A DNA stretch of 47,786 nt, from positions 1 to 47,786 of the forward strand of contig JAVVRI010000002.1 in the NCBI GenBank assembly GCA_036654795.1, in the 5' to 3' direction. The notes under the pieces are model-generated. The model did no database searches. It saw nothing but the letters and a program-made list of their open reading frames with translations, and was not told the origin of the DNA. This DNA comes from Tannerellaceae bacterium (GTDB taxonomy: Bacteria > Bacteroidota > Bacteroidia > Bacteroidales > Tannerellaceae). Position numbers and translations under genes: made by a program. Below are positions 41,431-47,786 of the stretch, in pieces (the stretch's first letter is position 1; the number at the start of each line of letters is the position of its first letter).

Positions 41431-43905
41431 TTAATCGAGTTCTACAACTGTGATGCCCGAACCGCCCAACTGAACGTGTTCGTCCTGAAAGTGGGCTACT
41501 CCGGGTACGGTGTGCAGGTATTCGCGAATCATCTGGCGGAGGGCGCCTGTCCCTGTGCCGTGTAGGATGCGCACGCGTCCGGCACCTACCTGTATGGCGT
41601 CATCGATGAAGTAGGTTACGGTTTGTAGGGCTTCGTCGCCGCGCATGCCTCTTACGTCTATCTCCTGCTTGAAGTTTAGCTTTTTCTCGTGCATGCTGTC
41701 GGTTGTCTGGGTGCTGACAAAGGTACTCTTTTGCACCTCCTTCTTGATCTGACCTTTACTTACTTTCTCAAGCATCTCTAATTTGACGGTACTTTTAATC
41801 ATCCCGAAGGCAATCAGCGCCTGCTTTCCTTGCACTTCAATGACTGTACCTGCGGATACTTGTCCTTTAAGGCGCACAAAGTCGCCGGTGGCGATAACCT
41901 CTTTGTCGAATACTTTGGCGGCAGAGTTGTATTTTTGCTTCTCTTTCTTTCGCTCGTTTCGTTCCTTTAGTTTGGCCATTTGGCGGGCTATTTTGTCGTC
42001 CATCTCTTCGGTGGCTACGACGGAGGCTTTAAAATCTTCCAGTGCCTTTCTGGCCATCTTTGTCTGCTCCTTCTCTGCCTGCGCCTCTTTGATTTCGCGG
42101 ATGGTGTTTTCGATGCGAGCGTTGGCATCGGAGAGGATGCGTGCGGCCTCGGCCTTAGCTTCGCGCATGATCTCTTTGCGCTGTTTGTTTACCTCTTCTA
42201 GGTCTTGACTGTAACGGGCGGTAATCTCCTCCAACTTCTTTTCCTGCTGGCGGATGTTTTGGCGCTTGCTTTCCCAGTAGCGTTTGTCGCGAACAATATC
42301 TTGTAGGTATTTGTCCATGTCGATATAGTCCGAGCCCACCTTGGCGGCTGCGTCGGCTATTACTTCTTCTGGCAGCCCTATCTTGCGGGCAATCTCAACG
42401 GCAAAAGAGCTACCAGGATTGCCTATAGAGAGCTTGAATAGGGGTTGCATCAGGTGGCGGTCGTAGAGCATGGCACCGTTTATGATGCCTTCGGCTCCTT
42501 CTGCAAAATGCTTTAAGTTCTGGTAGTGAGTGGTAATGACGCCAAAACTATGGTTGCCGTTAAAGCGTTCCAATAGGGCTTCGGCAATGGCACCGCCAAT
42601 CTGCGGCTCGGTGCCGCTTCCAAACTCGTCTATTAGGATTACGGTTTTCGGGTTACAGTTACGCACGAAGTACTTCATGTTCGTCAGGTGCGAACTGTAG
42701 GTACTCAGGTCGTTCTCGATGCTCTGCTCGTCGCCAATGTCGATAAAGATGTGTTCGAATAGGCCAGCGCGCGAACTCTCGTGCAGCGGTATAGGCAGTC
42801 CGCATTGCAACATGTATTGTAGCAATCCTACGGTCTTGAGGCAAACAGACTTACCACCGGCGTTCGGACCGGAGATGATAAGTATCCGCTTTTTCTCGTC
42901 CAACGTGATGTCCAGTGGGATGACCTGTTTGTTCTGCTTTTGTAAGGAGAGGTAGAGTAGGGGGTGTACGGCCTGTACCCAGTCTATCTGTTGTTTGTTT
43001 TCCACAACCGGCCGGATGCCTTTGATCTGTTCTGTGAAGAGTGCTTTGGCGCGGATGAAATCTATTTCGGCCATAAACTCATACGATTGCAGAATTTCGG
43101 GTACCATTGGGCGTACTACGTTTGTAAAGGTAGTAAGTATTTTGAGTATTTCCCGTCGTTCTTCTCCCTCCAGTTCTCGGATGCGGTTGTTGGCTTCTAC
43201 CACTACTTCGGGTTCTATAAATACAGTCTTTCCGCTGGCAGATTCGTCGTGGACGATACCGCGTATCTTGCGTTTGAAGGCGGGTGCTACGGGTATCATC
43301 AGGCGGCCATCGCGCATGGTGGGGCTGACGTCTTTATCCACTACACCTTCTGATTGCGCAGCGCGAAGGATGGATTGCAGGCTGCGGGAGATACCGTTCA
43401 TGGTGACGCTGATTTCCTTGCGTATCTGTGCTAGGCCGGGCGAAGCGTTGTCTTTCACCCGTCCGTATTTGTCCAAAATGGAGTCTATTTTGCCAATCAA
43501 TGCGGGGAATACCTGTATGTCTCCCGAAAGGGCTGTTAGTGCGGGATATTCAATTTCATCCTCATCGTCCGCAGAACGGAAGAAGCGCACAATGTCGTTA
43601 ATGGTTTCCAGTGAGCGCTTCAGGTCGAACAGCTCCTTTTCGTCCAGATAGGTACCTTCGGGGCGTATTCGCTTGAGCGAGTAGCGCACGTCAAAATAGC
43701 AGCCGGACGGGAAGTCTGTGTCACCATGAAGGATGCGTAGGAATTCGTCAGTCTGTTCGAGGCGTTCGTTAACCGTGGCATAGTCGGCCGAGAAGTCCAT
43801 TTCGGCCACCCGCTCTTCTCCGAGCGGGCTTAGGCATTTGTCAGTAATGAGACGGCGTACTTTATCAAAGCCCGTCTTAGTTTCGAAGTTTTGTGGGTAT
43901 ATCAC
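41431..43905 (-). CDS. mutS2: Endonuclease MutS2 (MutS-family ATPase with a C-terminal Smr domain)
   Basis: 824 aa. Walker A GPNAGGKS, a long coiled-coil and the Smr domain IDVRGMRGDEAL...RILHGTGTGALR are present. The start appears to be GTG at 43905. Confidence 0.9.
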   Translation of the reverse strand: MIYPQNFETKTGFDKVRRLITDKCLSPLGEERVAEMDFSADYATVNERLEQTDEFLRILHGDTDFPSGCYFDVRYSLKRIRPEGTYLDEKELFDLKRSLETINDIVRFFRSADDEDEIEYPALTALSGDIQVFPALIGKIDSILDKYGRVKDNASPGLAQIRKEISVTMNGISRSLQSILRAAQSEGVVDKDVSPTMRDGRLMIPVAPAFKRKIRGIVHDESASGKTVFIEPEVVVEANNRIRELEGEERREILKILTTFTNVVRPMVPEILQSYEFMAEIDFIRAKALFTEQIKGIRPVVENKQQIDWVQAVHPLLYLSLQKQNKQVIPLDITLDEKKRILIISGPNAGGKSVCLKTVGLLQYMLQCGLPIPLHESSRAGLFEHIFIDIGDEQSIENDLSTYSSHLTNMKYFVRNCNPKTVILIDEFGSGTEPQIGGAIAEALLERFNGNHSFGVITTHYQNLKHFAEGAEGIINGAMLYDRHLMQPLFKLSIGNPGSSFAVEIARKIGLPEEVIADAAAKVGSDYIDMDKYLQDIVRDKRYWESKRQNIRQQEKKLEEITARYSQDLEEVNKQRKEIMREAKAEAARILSDANARIENTIREIKEAQAEKEQTKMARKALEDFKASVVATEEMDDKIARQMAKLKERNERKKEKQKYNSAAKVFDKEVIATGDFVRLKGQVSAGTVIEVQGKQALIAFGMIKSTVKLEMLEKVSKGQIKKEVQKSTFVSTQTTDSMHEKKLNFKQEIDVRGMRGDEALQTVTYFIDDAIQVGAGRVRILHGTGTGALRQMIREYLHTVPGVAHFQDEHVQLGGSGITVVELD

Positions 43906-43920
43906 GTGTTTGTTATGCTT

Positions 43921-45345
43921 TTATTTAATCTCAACCGTCACTTCTGAACGGATTGTGGGGCGGATCATCAGTTCCATTTCGTTCTTACCCCTTTTGATGC
44001 TGAACGTGCAAGCGTTGTTGCCGGACGGATTAATGTAGGGGGCAAAGAAGTATAGGTAAGAGAATGCTGCCATATAATTTGTGTTTTGAATGGCGTCGGC
44101 TACTTGTGGATACTTGAATGTATCCCAAAACATACAGCGTTTGAATCCGTTTGCATCTGTAAATTGCGTCTTTGCGTCGCGACAGCTCATTGTCTTAGTG
44201 ATAAACTGCTTGTAGGCTGCCGAGAATTCTTCGGCCGAATGGTTCATCCGATGGTCGCCTATTTTCTCAATAATATCCTTCGGGCGGATACCGGCGGCGT
44301 AGGCAGGAGAGTTGCGATTTACATCGGCAACCAGCTCCAGACGGTCTATGTCGTAGCTGATACCTGTGTAGTTGTAGGTTTTCTGATTGACTCGGTACTG
44401 CATGTTGCGTGTGTATTTTACGTACGGATATTGCATGCACATAAGGGGTGTGTGGATGCGGGCGTATTCGTCCAGACGGTAGGATTCTTCCATCAGCTCG
44501 TTTGCTTCGCATTCCCAGATGATGCGTCCCGGCACTCGGCGCTGGTCTACCAGCCGAAAACCATATTGCAACAAGTATTCAGCTTCCGACTCTGCTGAAT
44601 CATTACTAAGGAAGGGGAACTTCTCCATTTTGCTGACTGTGAAGTTGTAGCGGTAGGTTGGCTCTCTGTCCATCACAACCTTATTTTTTCCTTTATAGTT
44701 TGGATTCTTGTCGAAGAAGTAGAAGGTCTGGATTAGTAAGTCCGGTTTGGTTAGGCTCAATTTGAGCCCCTTCTTCACCAGTTCTTTTTCGATGCAGTCG
44801 TTGATGATTGTTTCTAGGTGTGAGTTGTTCTCGTCGATGGCGGCAAAAGCAAACGTTTTGAAAATGCCGAAGTTGACACTGTCCGTCGTTACAGTTGTTT
44901 TAAATGGGCAGGCAAAGATGCGGTCGCTGGTATATTCCGTGCTGTACATACTGAAGGCAGCAGCCAACTGGTCTTCTGTTATCGCATTGCTCCGTTTACA
45001 GTCCTTGCGCACCAACACCTGTTTTGCTGTGTTGGCAAGGTTGCGAATGGTTAGCAGCACTTCGTTTTTACCTGCCGGGTTCAGTAACTGAGGAATTTCT
45101 GCCGATGAAACGTCTGTTGTGAGGACGCCGTCTATCTCATCAATCAAATCGCCCGGTTTGATGCCGGCCTGCTCGGCAGGTGTATAAGGAAGGATGCCGG
45201 TTACGATGGGTCTGTTTTTTCCCCAGTTTGGGCTACGACTAATCTCATACGTAATGCCCAGACGACAAATGGAGCCATTTTTGCTTTGTGCATGACCTCC
45301 TAGAAAAGCAAACATTAGTAACATTGACAGAACTACTCGTTTCAT
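43921..45345 (-). CDS. Secreted protein with two PDZ domains
   Basis: PDZ-like GILPYTPAEQAGIKPGDLIDEIDG and NSPAYAAGIRPKDIIEKIGD are present. The ORF track starts at ATG 45399. I prefer ATG 45345 because MKRVVLSMLLMFAFLGGHAQ is a clean signal peptide. The 45399 start remains possible. Confidence 0.65.
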   Translation of the reverse strand: MKRVVLSMLLMFAFLGGHAQSKNGSICRLGITYEISRSPNWGKNRPIVTGILPYTPAEQAGIKPGDLIDEIDGVLTTDVSSAEIPQLLNPAGKNEVLLTIRNLANTAKQVLVRKDCKRSNAITEDQLAAAFSMYSTEYTSDRIFACPFKTTVTTDSVNFGIFKTFAFAAIDENNSHLETIINDCIEKELVKKGLKLSLTKPDLLIQTFYFFDKNPNYKGKNKVVMDREPTYRYNFTVSKMEKFPFLSNDSAESEAEYLLQYGFRLVDQRRVPGRIIWECEANELMEESYRLDEYARIHTPLMCMQYPYVKYTRNMQYRVNQKTYNYTGISYDIDRLELVADVNRNSPAYAAGIRPKDIIEKIGDHRMNHSAEEFSAAYKQFITKTMSCRDAKTQFTDANGFKRCMFWDTFKYPQVADAIQNTNYMAAFSYLYFFAPYINPSGNNACTFSIKRGKNEMELMIRPTIRSEVTVEIK

Positions 45346-45431
45346 AATTTCTTCTATAAAATTGACTAATTGGGGTTTGATGATTGACGAAAAACACATA
45401 CGTACATCACCTATCCATCCATTCTTTAAGG

Positions 45432-45439
45432 CAAAGGTA
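45432..45439 (-). promoter_or_regulatory. Candidate -7 box (TACCTTTG on the minus strand) for the PDZ/mutS2/corA transcription unit
   Basis: Plus-strand CAAAGGTA lies 33 nt upstream of ATG 45399 and 87 nt upstream of ATG 45345. Confidence 0.35.
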
Positions 45440-45446
45440 AAGATAT

Positions 45447-45480
45447 TTTGCTAACTGCAGAATAGTTGGCAGTATATTTG
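45447..45480 (+). promoter_or_regulatory. Candidate grpE-dnaJ promoter
   Basis: TTTG at 45447-45450 (-33) and TATATTTG at 45473-45480 (-7) are spaced 22 bp apart. This implies a 5' leader of about 110 nt before the grpE ATG. Confidence 0.45.
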
Positions 45481-45595
45481 ATGTTATTCTCACGTACGCA
45501 TGCAGCATTAACACAGTTGGCACACTTGGCATGAACAAGTAGGTCTTCTTGTATGTTCCTTATAATTAAGTAGTAATATAATAAATAGATAAATT

Positions 45596-46180
45596 ATGGA
45601 TAACATGAACCAGAACGGAAAAAAAGAAACTTCAGCGGATGGTGAATATCAGAACGATGAAGAAACGACAAATTTGCAGGAAGAACAGGCAAATGCGACA
45701 GACGAAACAGAGTCTACTGACAATGTGTCGGATGAACTGTCTGACTTAAAGAAGAAATGTTCCGAGCTGAATGACTCCCATTTGCGTCTTATGGCAGAGT
45801 TCGACAATTACCGCAAGCGTACGCTTCGCGAGAAGGCAGACCTGATTAAAACCGGAGGCGAATCGGTTCTTTGCCAATTGTTGCCTGTGGTGGATGACTT
45901 TGAACGTGCTTTGCAAAACATCCGTACGGCGGAAGATATGTCCGCTGTCGTAGAAGGCGTAGAACTGATCTATACTAAATTCATGGCATACCTCTCTGCT
46001 CAGGGCGTAAAGCCAATTGAGCCTGTCGGTAAGCTTTTCGACACGGAACATTCGGAGGCTATCGCCACGATTCCTGCTCCAGAAGCGGATTCGAAAGGAA
46101 TGGTGCTCGACTGTGTACAGACTGGATATACATTATATGAAAAGGTGATTCGTCACGCGAAAGTAGTGGTTGGCGAATAA
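45596..46180 (+). CDS. grpE: Nucleotide exchange factor GrpE
   Basis: 194 aa. An acidic N-terminus is followed by LRLMAEFDNYRKRTLREKADL and a C-terminal beta domain. Confidence 0.9.
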   Translation: MDNMNQNGKKETSADGEYQNDEETTNLQEEQANATDETESTDNVSDELSDLKKKCSELNDSHLRLMAEFDNYRKRTLREKADLIKTGGESVLCQLLPVVDDFERALQNIRTAEDMSAVVEGVELIYTKFMAYLSAQGVKPIEPVGKLFDTEHSEAIATIPAPEADSKGMVLDCVQTGYTLYEKVIRHAKVVVGE

Positions 46181-46225
46181 CCGATTGTTTTTTTTAAGAG
46201 AGAGAACAAATAACAAATAACAAAG

Positions 46226-47395
46226 ATGGCTAAGAGAGATTATTATGAGATACTGGGCGTAGATAAAAATGCGTCGGTGGAAGAGATAAAGAAAGCGTAT
46301 CGCAAAAAGGCGATCCAATTTCATCCGGACAAGAACCCGGGAGATAAACAGGCAGAAGAAAACTTTAAGGAGGCTGCTGAGGCATATGATGTGTTGGGTA
46401 GTCCGGAGAAGCGTCAGCGTTACGACCAGTTTGGCCATGCCGGCGTGAGCGGAGCTTCGCAAGGTGGTGGCTTTAGTGGGGCAGGAATGTCTATGGATGA
46501 CATCTTCTCTCAGTTTGGCGACATTTTTGGCGGACACTTTGGCGGTGGCTTTAGTGGCTTCGGCGGCTTTGGTGGTGGAGGAGGTTCTCGTGGCGGACGC
46601 CGTGTGAACCGCGGCTCCGATCTGCGCGTAAAGGTGAAGCTGAATTTGAAAGAGATAGCTAACGGGGTAGAGAAAAAGATAAAGGTAAAGAAATATGTCT
46701 GCTGCTCGAAATGTAACGGCAGCGGCGCGGAGGATGCAAACAGCACTTCCACCTGTTCTACTTGCAAAGGTAGCGGAGTGGTAACGCGTATTGCCAACAC
46801 GATTTTGGGACAGATGCAGACACAATCTGTTTGTCCTACTTGTGGTGGCGAGGGCAAGATCATCACGAAGAAGTGTACCGAATGTAATGGTGAAGGCATC
46901 GTTCGCGATGAAGAGGTAATCACAATCAACATTCCTGCCGGTGTGGCCGAAGGTATGCAACTGTCGATGAATGGCAAAGGAAACGCCGCCCGTCACGGAG
47001 GCATCAACGGTGACCTGCTGATTTTGGTAGAGGAGGAGCAACACCCTGAGCTAATTCGCGATGAAAACGACCTGCTTTACAACTTGTTGCTTAGCTTCCC
47101 GCAAGCCGCTTTGGGCGATACCGTAGAGGTGCCCACTGTGGATGGTAAGGCGAAGGTTAAGATTGAGCCGGGCACACAGCCGGGCAAGGTGCTTCGCCTG
47201 CGTAACAAGGGGCTACCTTCCGTAAATAGTTATGGAACGGGAGACTTGTTGGTCAACGTTAGTATCTACATTCCAGAAACGTTGTCCTCTTCAGAACGTG
47301 AAACGCTGAATGGTTTGGAAAATTCTCCGAACTTTCAACCGAACAAGTCTATGAAGGATCGCATCTTTAGCAAGTTTAGAAACATGTTTGATTAA
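46226..47395 (+). CDS. dnaJ: Molecular chaperone DnaJ
   Basis: 389 aa. The J-domain carries HPD (QFHPDKNP). A G/F-rich linker and four CxxCxGxG zinc-finger repeats are present ([32 protein letters not shown]). Confidence 0.95.
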   Translation: MAKRDYYEILGVDKNASVEEIKKAYRKKAIQFHPDKNPGDKQAEENFKEAAEAYDVLGSPEKRQRYDQFGHAGVSGASQGGGFSGAGMSMDDIFSQFGDIFGGHFGGGFSGFGGFGGGGGSRGGRRVNRGSDLRVKVKLNLKEIANGVEKKIKVKKYVCCSKCNGSGAEDANSTSTCSTCKGSGVVTRIANTILGQMQTQSVCPTCGGEGKIITKKCTECNGEGIVRDEEVITINIPAGVAEGMQLSMNGKGNAARHGGINGDLLILVEEEQHPELIRDENDLLYNLLLSFPQAALGDTVEVPTVDGKAKVKIEPGTQPGKVLRLRNKGLPSVNSYGTGDLLVNVSIYIPETLSSSERETLNGLENSPNFQPNKSMKDRIFSKFRNMFD

Positions 47396-47731
47396 GTCAT
47401 AAAAGTCTTAAATTGTCATAATCGTATGTTATGTAGCATGTATTGGTTAATTCAGGTTAAATAAATGAGATTTGCAAGTCATTTGCTATGCTGCATAACA
47501 TAAAACACCTATATTTGCATTGTGTTTTTCATGGTATTAGATTTAAGGTTAACAATTAAAGATTGGTTGTCCGTGAGGATAGCCTTTTTTTTTGCCCGTA
47601 TATGAAGTGTTTGTAATTAACCCAACTTGCAACCCTTTTCTTGAGCTGATACTGTACTGTGGATACTATCCCAATGGTTTTCGTAATCATCATTGTCAGT
47701 TTATTCAATACGGATTTTAGAATTATTACTT

Positions 47732-47783
47732 CACGTTTCACACCTCCATCTATTTGTCACTCTGTTAGTTCGTGTGAAACGTG
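47732..47783. repeat. 12-bp perfect inverted repeat at the window edge
   Basis: CACGTTTCACAC (47732-47743) and GTGTGAAACGTG (47772-47783) are separated by 28 nt. The context is cut off by the end of the window. Confidence 0.6.
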
Positions 47784-47786
47784 TGA

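Noticed and set aside
45464-45531. TTGGCA/TGGCAC motifs upstream of grpE that superficially resemble a sigma-54 -24/-12 promoter.
   Set aside because: No TGGCAC-N5-TTGC arrangement with correct spacing can be formed. A good sigma-A type -33/-7 pair is present instead.
46470-46600. Repetitive GGC/GGT-rich DNA.
   Set aside because: It encodes the Gly/Phe-rich linker of DnaJ and is not a repeat element.
46133-47044. A 303-aa ORF and a 155-aa ORF antisense to dnaJ.
   Set aside because: dnaJ on the + strand has an unambiguous J-domain, G/F region and zinc fingers. The antisense translations are low-complexity.

Overview
This 47.8-kb window reads as a chromosomal segment from a Bacteroidales (Bacteroidota) genome. 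All calls come from reading the sequence and recognising motifs by eye. No searches were run, so family names are hypotheses with the stated confidence. Support for the taxon: TAnnTTTG-type -7 boxes sit 20-35 nt upstream of many start codons, Shine-Dalgarno sequences are almost absent, and the gene content fits (Bacteroides-type ECF sigma, DUF3857/DUF3858 pair, men operon order menF-D-B-C-E).

Layout, left to right:
- 1-1300: a small phage or mobile-element remnant.
- 1363-3503: a divergent pair (CarboxypepD_reg-like protein and an orphan ECF sigma factor) separated by a 22-bp-periodic palindrome array.
- 3596-9972, minus strand: a secreted GH84 O-GlcNAcase, DUF3858 and DUF3857/transglutaminase operon.
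- 10161-11435: a DUF418 membrane protein.
- 11528-21764: the menaquinone operon with a HAD/hotdog-thioesterase fusion, an SF1 helicase and a UPF0597 gene. This block is bracketed by a 41-bp inverted repeat.
- 22127-40185: the most unusual region, an 18-kb, 13-gene, same-strand cluster headed by an IclR regulator. It encodes a beta-propeller/di-haem cytochrome c peroxidase fusion; an FkbO/RidA-fold protein; a lipoprotein cupin; a 1331-aa NPCBM/propeller/2xCXXCH/FGE-like protein; a fused CcsBA cytochrome c synthase; a VOC-DhaK-DhaL-LsrF-like module; and a lipoprotein/SSS transporter/GH130 module. It has no SusC/SusD.
- 40339-47395: housekeeping genes (corA, mutS2, PDZ protein, grpE, dnaJ).

No rRNA, tRNA or CRISPR array was seen.
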